From positions 1 through 56,082 of the IMG/VR virus record IMGVR_UViG_3300021185_000405: a stretch of DNA of 56,082 nt; one strand, written 5' to 3'. The notes under the pieces are model-generated. The model did no database searches and had not been told where the DNA came from. It saw only the letters and a program-made list of their open reading frames with translations. Of this stretch, positions 40,632 to 49,456 are shown in pieces; the first letter of the stretch is position 1, and each line of letters starts with the position of its first letter. The DNA comes from a virus (taxonomy: Duplodnaviria > Caudoviricetes). The translations under genes and the position numbers were made by a program.

Positions 40632-41709
40632 ATCAAGACTTATTCTTGACAACCCATTCTTCGGCACTTTGTGTTTACGACTCAAAGCGTCTGAGTGGGA
40701 AGAGCCAACAGGTGCCACCGATGGTGTGCACTTGTTTTATAACGCTAAGTGGTTCGAGAAGCTCACAGAAATGGAGCGTATCGGTTTCTTAGCGCACGAA
40801 GTTATGCATGTTGTCTTTCTACACATTACACGTAGAGAAGAACGACATGCGACAAAGTGGAATGTAGCTTGTGACTATGCAATTAATAATTATCTAGTTG
40901 CAGAAGGTTTTATATTACCAAAAGGCGGACTTGTGGATGCGCAGTATGATGACATGACTGCAGAAGCTATCTACGGTTTACTTCCTGAGCCCGACAAAGG
41001 CTGGGATAATGTCGCCGTAGATCTTGGTAAATGCGGTGGAGTTATGGACCACCCTGGCACAGATGGCACAGCCGGTAAAACCGGCGCCATCGAGGCTGGC
41101 TTGACTGTAGCAATACATCAAGCGGCCGAATCGGCCAAGGCGCAAGGTAAACTTTCAGCTGACTTAGAATCTTTGATAACTGATATTACAGACCCAAAGG
41201 TCGACTGGAAAGCAGTGTTGGCTCGTTTCTTACGCTCCAACAACAAGTCTGACTTTACATGGGTTAGGCCTAACAGACGATTTATCGGCTCTGGTTTATA
41301 TCTACCTTCACTACACAATCCCTGCTTAGAAGAGATTGTTATTGCAGTAGATACATCAGGCTCTATATCAGATGACGAGCTAAAACAATTCACAACAGAG
41401 ACATCATACATCCTGCATGAGCTAGCACCCGAACGCGTGCAATTTATACAATGCGATGCAGAAATCAATGATGTAACTGAGTACACACGTGAATCATTAC
41501 CACTAAAAGTAACGTACAAGGGCAGAGGAGGTACAGAATTTACACCGGTCATAGACTATGTAAACGAAAACCACCCAAACGCAGCTGCGCTTGTATATCT
41601 AACCGACCTAGAATGCGGAGACTTTGGCGATCAGCCACATTATCCAGTGTTATGGGTTACAACCCAAGATCACAACGCCCCTTACGGTGAAGTGATCCAC
41701 ATGCAATAA
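40606..41709 (+). CDS. DUF2201-like HExxH metallopeptidase + vWA domain protein
   Basis: PFFG, ATDG, AHEVMH, WNVACDYAIN; vWA MIDAS DTSGS, GRGGT.F.P, YLTD. Confidence 0.9.
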   Translation: MNPTFVKARSRLILDNPFFGTLCLRLKASEWEEPTGATDGVHLFYNAKWFEKLTEMERIGFLAHEVMHVVFLHITRREERHATKWNVACDYAINNYLVAEGFILPKGGLVDAQYDDMTAEAIYGLLPEPDKGWDNVAVDLGKCGGVMDHPGTDGTAGKTGAIEAGLTVAIHQAAESAKAQGKLSADLESLITDITDPKVDWKAVLARFLRSNNKSDFTWVRPNRRFIGSGLYLPSLHNPCLEEIVIAVDTSGSISDDELKQFTTETSYILHELAPERVQFIQCDAEINDVTEYTRESLPLKVTYKGRGGTEFTPVIDYVNENHPNAAALVYLTDLECGDFGDQPHYPVLWVTTQDHNAPYGEVIHMQ

Positions 41710-41724
41710 ATAGGAGATTATATT

Positions 41725-42609
41725 ATGGCATCAGTAAGAATGACAATGGCTCTACGTGAGCGATTAGTAGACAATTATCGTAAGCAGATTCAGTCTGCTT
41801 ACAATAACAACCTTAACGTAGATAAAGCAATAGACGAAATTGTAAGTTCTGTGCAAACAGGAGCTGGGTACGAGTTTAAAGAGCTCGTTCTAGCTTCTGA
41901 GCATTTAGCAGAACACCTACATAACCATGCAGTTAAATGGCACGCACACACTAAACGAACTAACGGCCAAACAACTATATCTACAATACACGTACCATAT
42001 GGTCGTGAGCAAAACGATAAAAGAGACTATATGCCAATAGAGAAAGCTAGTGAATTACATGTTATATGTAATCCTAACAGACCTCTTACGGAAAACTTTA
42101 AAGCTTGTCTTGAATGGAATGATCGCTACACCAGTAAATGGGAAGACGACGGCGTCAAAGAACCATCTAAAACTTATGTAGAAGGCGATCTTATGTTTAT
42201 ACATGATTTTGGCGATAACCCTGTATATTTACCTTATCTAACTGTAGGTACAGAACAGATGTATCACGCTAAAGAAGATTACGCTCCAAATTGTGAATGC
42301 GCTATCGTAGTGTCTGACCCAAAATTGTGTGCTATTCTAGAAAACATACCTAAAGCAAAAGTAAAGGCAAGTGAAATGGTTAAGAAGTTTGAAACGTTTG
42401 TAGAACCTATTACAACGCTTAAAAAGTTCTTAGATGTATTTCCAGGCGGTAGGTCTTTAGTACCAGAAGATGTGCTAAAAGACATGGCGGCACCTGCAGT
42501 TAAGCGTAAAGAACCTGCAAAAACAGTAACTGCAGAAGAACTTATGCCAGCTGAGCTTAAACAAGAGCTTAATGAGGTTATGCTAGAATCATCACTATTG
42601 GGGGACTAA
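41725..42609 (+). CDS. Nmad5-like protein (paralogue 2)
   Basis: N-terminal VRMT..LR, C-terminal ITTLKKFLDVFP....LVPED, ending LNEVMLESSLLGD like paralogue 1. Confidence 0.5.
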   Translation: MASVRMTMALRERLVDNYRKQIQSAYNNNLNVDKAIDEIVSSVQTGAGYEFKELVLASEHLAEHLHNHAVKWHAHTKRTNGQTTISTIHVPYGREQNDKRDYMPIEKASELHVICNPNRPLTENFKACLEWNDRYTSKWEDDGVKEPSKTYVEGDLMFIHDFGDNPVYLPYLTVGTEQMYHAKEDYAPNCECAIVVSDPKLCAILENIPKAKVKASEMVKKFETFVEPITTLKKFLDVFPGGRSLVPEDVLKDMAAPAVKRKEPAKTVTAEELMPAELKQELNEVMLESSLLGD

Positions 42610-42612
42610 AAT

Positions 42613-42795
42613 ATGCAAGCAGAACAAACAATATGGCAATACAATTCAGAATATTCGTATGAAGCTAATATGAATAACTGGAGAGACGCAGCTAATTTCG
42701 AGCGTAAGCAATACCAAGAGGCGTTGCTTACCGAAGAACAAGCTGAAATGAAATTCCAAGAATATTATCCAAGGAGTGATTATGAGTGCAATTAA
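42613..42795 (+). CDS. Hypothetical protein
   Basis: 60-aa ORF in operon context. Confidence 0.6.
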   Translation: MQAEQTIWQYNSEYSYEANMNNWRDAANFERKQYQEALLTEEQAEMKFQEYYPRSDYECN

Positions 42796-42973
42796 GAATT
42801 ATATGTTTGACGTTGGTGAATATGCTGCAACAAACGGCATAAAAGCTGCTATGAGCAAATTCATAGAAACAGAAGACAACGTTAAGTCATGTATTATATT
42901 TTCTTTTGCTTTTGACGGCAATTGGGAAGAGTTTATTGCTGAAGGTAATTGGGAGCCGCCAGCAGTTCACTAA
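42782..42973 (+). CDS. Hypothetical protein
   Basis: Likely start MSAIKNY after SD AAGGAG. Confidence 0.6.
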   Translation: MSAIKNYMFDVGEYAATNGIKAAMSKFIETEDNVKSCIIFSFAFDGNWEEFIAEGNWEPPAVH

Positions 42974-42993
42974 CATGCCAAGGAGTGGCATTA

Positions 42994-43040
42994 GTATAGC
43001 CCAAGTTTCGGTGTCCCGTCTTGGGCTATGCGCTTTTAGT
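42994..43040. terminator. Hairpin between convergent genes, probable terminator
   Basis: GTATAGCCCAAG-14 nt-CTTGGGCTATGC followed by GCTTTT. Confidence 0.6.
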
Positions 43041-43451
43041 TTACGATACGTAAACCCAAATTTCTAGCGTACCAGATACAACATCGCCTGCTGGAGCTAC
43101 TTCACAGATGATATCAATTGTATCGTCTGCAGCGTAGTTCACAGGAGCTATGTCAGCGTCTTTTTGATCGCCACCACCAGCTTGTCCACATGTAGATGCA
43201 GCAATGTACTTATCAGTATCACCACCATCACCAACACCCCAGACAAGGCCTGTGCCAGTATCAAGATCACTAGAAACGATTTTTACATCATGTACTGTTT
43301 CACCAGCAAAAACGTCTACCATTTTGTAAACGTCAGCTGCGTTTGGTGCTGCAGTTAATGTAATTTTAGAATATCTAACACCTAAAGCTCCGCTTGGGAA
43401 AGGCTTAAATGATTGATTTCCAGCTACCATGTCACTTGTAAAAGTTGCCAT
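43041..43451 (-). CDS. Probable capsid decoration / minor structural protein, inverted within the early arm
   Basis: 136 aa, beta-rich; DLDTGTGLVWGVGDGGDTDKYI pattern; SD GGAG. Confidence 0.55.
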   Translation of the reverse strand: MATFTSDMVAGNQSFKPFPSGALGVRYSKITLTAAPNAADVYKMVDVFAGETVHDVKIVSSDLDTGTGLVWGVGDGGDTDKYIAASTCGQAGGGDQKDADIAPVNYAADDTIDIICEVAPAGDVVSGTLEIWVYVS

Positions 43452-43548
43452 AATATTTCTCCGTTTGTGTTATTACCCATTATTAGGTAATATCTATAGT
43501 CATAAAGACAAATAGGATGTTTGTCAAATTTAATTAAGGAGTAATTAG

Positions 43549-43761
43549 ATGCCCCCATCACATGTATATGTAAAACGTAACCCGTTGCACCCTTATACAT
43601 ACAATAACCCTGACGATTTACCATATATCCAATGGAAATATGTCCGCATATCTCTTGCTTACACTATGTATACCAGTAAGCAAATAGGTTGGGAACGTGC
43701 AAAGCGTTCAGAATACGAAGAATGGTGTACAGCAATGATTAAGTTCAAGGAGGAACTATGA
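43549..43761 (+). CDS. Hypothetical protein
   Basis: 70 aa; SD AAGGAG. Confidence 0.65.
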   Translation: MPPSHVYVKRNPLHPYTYNNPDDLPYIQWKYVRISLAYTMYTSKQIGWERAKRSEYEEWCTAMIKFKEEL

Positions 43762-43988
43762 AAGTACAAATATTAATAAAAAACAGCCGACACGGCCATG
43801 ACTACGAAGTCGTGAGAGCAGATGCTTTTTTTAACAACAAAGACCTAGAAGAAGACTACCGCCAAAAATGCGAAGACAGATGGCATGAAGAGTTATTAAA
43901 CGACGGCGAACAACCTACCGAAGACGATTATGTTGAATGGTACGAAGTTACTAGCCCAATACAATTAGAAGTCCAGGAGGGATTATGA
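43758..43988 (+). CDS. Acidic hypothetical protein
   Basis: 76 aa; SD AGGAGG; ATGA overlap. Confidence 0.65.
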   Translation: MKVQILIKNSRHGHDYEVVRADAFFNNKDLEEDYRQKCEDRWHEELLNDGEQPTEDDYVEWYEVTSPIQLEVQEGL

Positions 43989-44158
43989 AAGAACCAAAAC
44001 ATTGGATAAAAATACATGAAGCTACAATTGGCCATCACGAAATGTTAGACAACGTACAAGATGTTTTAGCAGACATGGACATAGATTGTTATAACGATAT
44101 GGAACTCGCAAGAAAAAACCAATGCGATTTGTATGTTATTTTTGAGAAACAAGAATGA
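43985..44158 (+). CDS. 57-aa hypothetical protein
   Basis: MKEPKHWIKIHEATIGHHEML...FEKQE*; SD AGGAGG; ATGA overlaps on both sides. Confidence 0.6.
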   Translation: MKEPKHWIKIHEATIGHHEMLDNVQDVLADMDIDCYNDMELARKNQCDLYVIFEKQE

Positions 44159-44241
44159 AAAAAGAACTTAATCAAATAGCAGAAATGTTAGAGAGCTTAC
44201 AACAAGACATAAATAAATTTATAAGGTGGTTATTTAAATGA
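44155..44241 (+). CDS. 28-aa peptide
   Basis: MKKELNQIAEMLESLQQDINKFIRWLFK*; ATGA overlaps link it to the previous gene and to the polymerase. Confidence 0.45.
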   Translation: MKKELNQIAEMLESLQQDINKFIRWLFK

Positions 44242-46034
44242 AAAAATTATATTTAGACTTTGAGACATATTATGACGTGCAATTTTCACTGACTAAAATG
44301 TCCACAGCACAATACATAAATCACAAAGATTTTAAGGTTTGGGGAGTAGGACTGAAAGTAGACGACGAAGCTACGGAATGGTACAGCGCAGATGAAACAG
44401 ACGATGTTTTAGCTGCAATAGATTGGAGCGATATCGCTTTAGTTTGCCATAACACTTTGTTTGATGCCTTCATTCTTACAAGGCATTACGGTTATAACCC
44501 TGCGTATTATTATGATACGGCTGCTATGAGCAGAGGTTTATATCCTAACATGTCGGCTAGGCTGAAAGACTGCGTTACACGCGAGTTTCCGTCTGACAAT
44601 ACTATGCGAAAGGGAGAAGAGTTAGCAAGTGCCAAAGGCATACGCGACCTTGACCCTACGCTTGACGAACAAATTGGTTCGTATTGTATTCAAGATGTTG
44701 ACTTAACGTACGCACTCTTCCAGTCCTACATGGTTGGGTTTCCAGAGTCTGAACTAGACTTGATCGACCTAACTACACGAATGTTCGTGGAGCCAAAGCT
44801 TCAATTGGACCAGCCTATGCTGTTGCAATATAAAGAAGATATGGCAAAACGTGCAGAAGATGCCATCGAGTCTTCAGGTGTAACACGCGAAATTCTTGCT
44901 TCACAACAAAAGTTTCGTGCACACCTGGAGCAGCTTGGCATTACGATACCCACGAAGAAAAGCCCAACAACAGGTAAACAAATACCTGCATTTGGAAAAA
45001 ATGACCCTGCGTATTTGCAAATGTGTAACATGTACCCAGAACATCGTGCATTGTGGGACGCCCGTGAAGTAGTCAAATCACGTATAGATGAGACTAGAGC
45101 ACAAAGGTTTATTGATTCGTGCAATCCTGACGGCAGCTTCGGTGTACCGTTACGATATTATGCCGCACATACAGGTAGGTTCGGTGGGTCTGATAAAATC
45201 AACCTACAAAACTTACCTCGCGGATCTAAGTTACGCACGGCAATCAAAGCTCCAGTTGGTCAAAAGTTATTTATAGCTGACTTGTCTAACATAGAAGTTC
45301 GCATGCTAGCGTGGTTAGCTAAAGAAGCTGACTTACTTGATGCTTTTAGAAACAAACGCGATGTTTATTGCGAATTTGCTTCGCAAGTGTACGGTAAGCC
45401 AGTAACCAAAGCTGACACTTTAGAAAGATATGTCGGTAAAACTGCGGTACTAGGTCTGGGTTACGGTATGGGACATGTAAAGTTCCAAGATACTTTAAAA
45501 ACTGGAGCTGTCTCTGTAGATGTAACCGATAGCACTGCCGTGCAGATTGTCCAGCAGTACAGGGGAATGTACACAAACATACCTATATTGTGGGCGAGGA
45601 TGAAAGATTTACTTTTCAGTATGATTTCTCCTAGAGAATACGGTACACATTACGGGCCCATTACGGTCGGCCCACAGCAGCTAACCTTGCCAAATGGCAT
45701 GGCACTTAAATACCCTGACTTACGATATGCAGGTGGTGAATTTATATACAGCACACAGAAAGGAATAGTTCGTACGTACGGACCACGCCTAGCAGAAAAT
45801 GTTATTCAAGCACTAGCAAGAATAGTTATTACTGACCAGATTCTGGAAGTTCATGCGTTACCTGAAGTCGACGTAGTTCTACAGGTACACGACGAAATAA
45901 TCGCATTAGGGTCTGAAGTCGATTCAGATGCTACAATGGAAAAGATTATGAATATTATGAAAACCCCACCCTCATGGTGCAGTGATTTACCACTAGATGC
46001 CGAAGGAGGCGTTAGCCAGGTATATGACAAATAA
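44238..46034 (+). CDS. polA: DNA polymerase family A with 3'-5' exonuclease domain
   Basis: DFETY (ExoI), HN..FD, YCIQD, HTGRF, NLQNLP, motif A ADLSNIEVR, motif B RYVGKTAVLGLGYG, motif C VHDE. Confidence 0.95.
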   Translation: MKKLYLDFETYYDVQFSLTKMSTAQYINHKDFKVWGVGLKVDDEATEWYSADETDDVLAAIDWSDIALVCHNTLFDAFILTRHYGYNPAYYYDTAAMSRGLYPNMSARLKDCVTREFPSDNTMRKGEELASAKGIRDLDPTLDEQIGSYCIQDVDLTYALFQSYMVGFPESELDLIDLTTRMFVEPKLQLDQPMLLQYKEDMAKRAEDAIESSGVTREILASQQKFRAHLEQLGITIPTKKSPTTGKQIPAFGKNDPAYLQMCNMYPEHRALWDAREVVKSRIDETRAQRFIDSCNPDGSFGVPLRYYAAHTGRFGGSDKINLQNLPRGSKLRTAIKAPVGQKLFIADLSNIEVRMLAWLAKEADLLDAFRNKRDVYCEFASQVYGKPVTKADTLERYVGKTAVLGLGYGMGHVKFQDTLKTGAVSVDVTDSTAVQIVQQYRGMYTNIPILWARMKDLLFSMISPREYGTHYGPITVGPQQLTLPNGMALKYPDLRYAGGEFIYSTQKGIVRTYGPRLAENVIQALARIVITDQILEVHALPEVDVVLQVHDEIIALGSEVDSDATMEKIMNIMKTPPSWCSDLPLDAEGGVSQVYDK

Positions 46035-46218
46035 AAAATCAAACTTAATCCTAACAAGAAAAGTTGGTGACCGAATCGTGTTGCACACTGGATCAGGAGA
46101 TCCTTTGTGCACGATTACAGTTACAAATGTTTCACATAAAGCATGCAAACTAGCTTTTGAAGCAGACTTTTCTGTTCGTATAGACAGGGAAGAAGTTTAC
46201 AAAAAGAAGGAGAAATAA
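46024..46218 (+). CDS. csrA: Carbon storage regulator CsrA/RsmA-like RNA-binding protein
   Basis: LILTRKVGDRIVL...ITV......KLAFEA..SVRIDREEVY matches the CsrA pattern MLILTR..GE.I.I...I.V.....V..G..AP..V.V.REE.Y. Confidence 0.82.
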   Translation: MTNKKSNLILTRKVGDRIVLHTGSGDPLCTITVTNVSHKACKLAFEADFSVRIDREEVYKKKEK

Positions 46219-48705
46219 ATGAAAATTGTATTTTTACAAGCTAAAAAACCGCTTGTCAAAGAAATAACAAAGGACGGTACAAAACCATATCCTCTTGTTA
46301 AAAACTTTACATCACATGAAGAAGCTATAACAGTAGACAAAAAAGGTCTTGATAAGCTGTTTCGTGTAACTAATGCTGCCGCTGAACAAGGCTTTTGTAT
46401 GTTAAAAGGTTCATTAAAACGACCATTAGTTGATGAGCCCAGAGCATTCATGACCGATCGTGCAGTATCAACTGAGCTTTTAGTGTTAGACGTAGATGGT
46501 TTACGTGCAACACCCGGCGATGACCTACAAGCTATGGCCGATCGTATCGTGCTTCAGTTACCTGAGCTCTTTCACGATTGTTCTTATATAGTTCAAGCCA
46601 GTGCTTCTTTAGGTATTAAAAAAGATACTGTTTCATTACACCTATTCTTTTTGCTAGATATGCCAGTTCATCCGAAGACTCTAAAAGACTTTCTTCGTAG
46701 TTTAAATTACGAATCAGAGTTTCTTGCAGAACAGATTACTTTATCGGCCAACGGCCAAAGTCTTTCGTGCGTGTTAGACCCATCTGTGGCAGATAACAGT
46801 AAGTTAATTTATATAGCACCACCTAAATTTGTTGGTGTTAAAGACCCATATCCCAATGGCAGATTCATCAAGGTTGACCGTGGTTCAGCTGTTCTTAAAA
46901 TCTCCTCATCTTTAGTCGGTGTTAATCCTGAAAAGGTACACGCCCTCGGTTTGCAGATTAAAGATAATTTAAGGAAGAAAAACAATCTTCCTAAAAGAAC
47001 AGGCAAGTTATCTACGGTCAACGTTGCTGGTGAAACACACGAAGTGTTACAAAACCCAGACAAAATGACTATAGAAGTTACTCGTGTAGCAGAACCTTAC
47101 GTTAACTGTAACGTGAACGGAGGCGACAGTGGAGGTTATTACTTTTTGTTAACCAGTCCACATTACATGTACAACTTCAAAGGAGAACCTGTATGGGAAA
47201 TAGAAAAAGCTGATGTAGATTTCTACAGAAGTATATTTGATATTTTTGCAGATAAAATAAACGCAGAAACAAAACAAAAACCAATTGTCTTACGTGATTT
47301 TTACACAGACACATTTTATAACGGAGTATATGATGAAACAAAACAACAATTTAGTGAAGACTACCCACTCACGCCTACCAATAAAAACAGCCTTAACGAT
47401 TTTCTTAAAAGTCATGGTCGCGGCGCCTTGGATTATGTCCCTGATGCTCGTGTCGTATTTGATCCGAGCACTGACGAAGGTATCAACCTTGATACAGTCC
47501 CGTACAGCGTAAACCTTTTCCGTCGTACTAAATACATGATGAACCCTAATGAAAATGTAAAACAACTTTCGTACGGTAGTGCTATTGAGATCCAAGATGT
47601 TGCACCTAATTTCTATAAATTAGTTATGCACATACTCGGAAACGGTAAACCAGAGTTTGAACATTTCATTAACTGGCTTGCGTACATATATCAGAACAAA
47701 CGCAAAGCTATGACCGCATGGATATTTACGGGCGTACCAGGCACTGGTAAAGGTTTGTTTGTACACAAAATACTTAAACCATTGTTTGGCGAACAGCAAA
47801 CACCTATGAGAGCATTAGAAAACATAGAAGAACAATTTAACTTATACATGAGAACAGCAATGTTTCTAGTAGTTGATGAGTTTCGTATGGCTGACTCAGG
47901 CTCAGTAGGTAAAATGGCGGACAAACTAAAACACCAGATAACAGAACCAACACTTACTATTAGAGCGATGCGTACAAACCAAATCGAGCTGCCATCTTTC
48001 ACGAACTTTATCTTTCTTACTAACAGAGCAGATGCAGTTAAAATAGAAGACAGCGACAGAAGGTATAACGTAGCACCAAGACAAGAAACTAAACTAGAAA
48101 TAGCTAACAAACAAGTAATAGAAAATATAGACTTGTTAGAACAAGAATTATTTATAGTTGCAGGCTTACTGCAAGAGTTTCAAGTAGATGCTCGTATGGC
48201 TCATACAGCTTTAGAAAACGACGCAAAGAAAGAAATGAAAGAAGTGTCTATGTCTATACTAGAAGAGTTTGCAAATGCAATACGCATACGCAACTTAGAA
48301 TATTTTACAGAAGTATTAGATATACCACTTACTAACACTTTTGACGCAGGCGGCATTAGCACGGCACAACGTTATGTTAAAGAATGGTTAGCACAATCTA
48401 ACAACGAACAAGTTATACCATTAGCTCACTTTAAAGTTGTTTATGACGCTATGACTGACAGCCGTAATACTATATCCCAACGAGAGTTTGCTAAACGTAT
48501 GTCCAGGCTTAATATAAAAACCGCACGTAAACGTGTAAGTACAGATCGTACAGCTGGTATACCGCGCGGTGTTGTATTAGTTTGGAAAATAGATAATAAT
48601 GTAAGAAAGGATTTGATCGAACAACATTTCGACGAAAGGGACTTAGGACTAATAGATGAAGAATCTAACACAATCCAAGCGTCCAGACCTAATCTCAACG
48701 GTTAG
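46219..48705 (+). CDS. Primase-helicase (AEP-like N-terminus, DUF5906/NrS-1-like helicase C-terminus)
   Basis: LVLDVDG and SLHLFF (AEP-like motifs); GVPGTGKG Walker A, VVDE, FLTN, DRRY. Confidence 0.85.
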   Translation: MKIVFLQAKKPLVKEITKDGTKPYPLVKNFTSHEEAITVDKKGLDKLFRVTNAAAEQGFCMLKGSLKRPLVDEPRAFMTDRAVSTELLVLDVDGLRATPGDDLQAMADRIVLQLPELFHDCSYIVQASASLGIKKDTVSLHLFFLLDMPVHPKTLKDFLRSLNYESEFLAEQITLSANGQSLSCVLDPSVADNSKLIYIAPPKFVGVKDPYPNGRFIKVDRGSAVLKISSSLVGVNPEKVHALGLQIKDNLRKKNNLPKRTGKLSTVNVAGETHEVLQNPDKMTIEVTRVAEPYVNCNVNGGDSGGYYFLLTSPHYMYNFKGEPVWEIEKADVDFYRSIFDIFADKINAETKQKPIVLRDFYTDTFYNGVYDETKQQFSEDYPLTPTNKNSLNDFLKSHGRGALDYVPDARVVFDPSTDEGINLDTVPYSVNLFRRTKYMMNPNENVKQLSYGSAIEIQDVAPNFYKLVMHILGNGKPEFEHFINWLAYIYQNKRKAMTAWIFTGVPGTGKGLFVHKILKPLFGEQQTPMRALENIEEQFNLYMRTAMFLVVDEFRMADSGSVGKMADKLKHQITEPTLTIRAMRTNQIELPSFTNFIFLTNRADAVKIEDSDRRYNVAPRQETKLEIANKQVIENIDLLEQELFIVAGLLQEFQVDARMAHTALENDAKKEMKEVSMSILEEFANAIRIRNLEYFTEVLDIPLTNTFDAGGISTAQRYVKEWLAQSNNEQVIPLAHFKVVYDAMTDSRNTISQREFAKRMSRLNIKTARKRVSTDRTAGIPRGVVLVWKIDNNVRKDLIEQHFDERDLGLIDEESNTIQASRPNLNG

Positions 48706-49411
48706 TGTCAAGGAGGACATCGAACTAGGCTATATACCAGCCTGGTCTTACTCGACTTTAAAAACATTTGAGTCTTGCGCTTACCGCTCTTACATAGCTA
48801 AAGTAAAAAAAGTACAAGAGGACTTCGGTCCCGCAGCTGCACGTGGCACAGAAATACACAAGCAAGCTGAAGATTATGTAGGCGGATTATTAGCTGAGCT
48901 ACCTGACACCCTAAAAAAGTTTACTTCAGAGTTTAAGAAACTACGCGAAATGTTCGCAGAAGCACAAGTAGAACTAGAAGGTGATTGGGGTTTCACACGT
49001 GAGTGGGGAACAACTGGCTGGCTAGCAAAAGATGTGTGGGGACGGATCAAACTTGATGCGTTTGTACACGAGTCAGAAACATCAGCAAGAGTTATAGATT
49101 ACAAAACAGGTAAAGCTTATGGCAATGAGATTGCTCACAGCCAACAAGCTCTTGTTTACGCAATCGGTAGCTTCTTTAGATATCCAGAATTACAGATTGC
49201 TAAAACCGAGATATGGTATCTCGACCACGGCACTATGTTAGAACAGGTGTATACGCGGGACGAAGCTATGGTCTTCATGCCCAAGTTACACGATAGAGCA
49301 ATAGCTATGACTACTGCAACCAAGTTTCCGCCAAACCCTAGCAATTACAATTGCAAGTGGTGTTCGTATGGCAAGGGCGAGTTCCCTGTTTGCGAATGGG
49401 CAGAAACCTGA
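48656..49411 (+). CDS. PD-(D/E)XK (RecB/Cas4-like) exonuclease
   Basis: WSYS.L..FE.C, RGTEIH, KLD...IDYKTG, Q..VY, C-terminal CKWC...C. Confidence 0.88.
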   Translation: MKNLTQSKRPDLISTVSVKEDIELGYIPAWSYSTLKTFESCAYRSYIAKVKKVQEDFGPAAARGTEIHKQAEDYVGGLLAELPDTLKKFTSEFKKLREMFAEAQVELEGDWGFTREWGTTGWLAKDVWGRIKLDAFVHESETSARVIDYKTGKAYGNEIAHSQQALVYAIGSFFRYPELQIAKTEIWYLDHGTMLEQVYTRDEAMVFMPKLHDRAIAMTTATKFPPNPSNYNCKWCSYGKGEFPVCEWAET

Positions 49412-49456
49412 TACAATAATATTAACGAATAACGAAAGAACGATTAAGGAGTAACG

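Noticed and set aside
48656-49411. cas4 as part of a CRISPR-Cas system
   Set aside because: Stand-alone PD-(D/E)XK nuclease in a replication module; no other cas genes or array.
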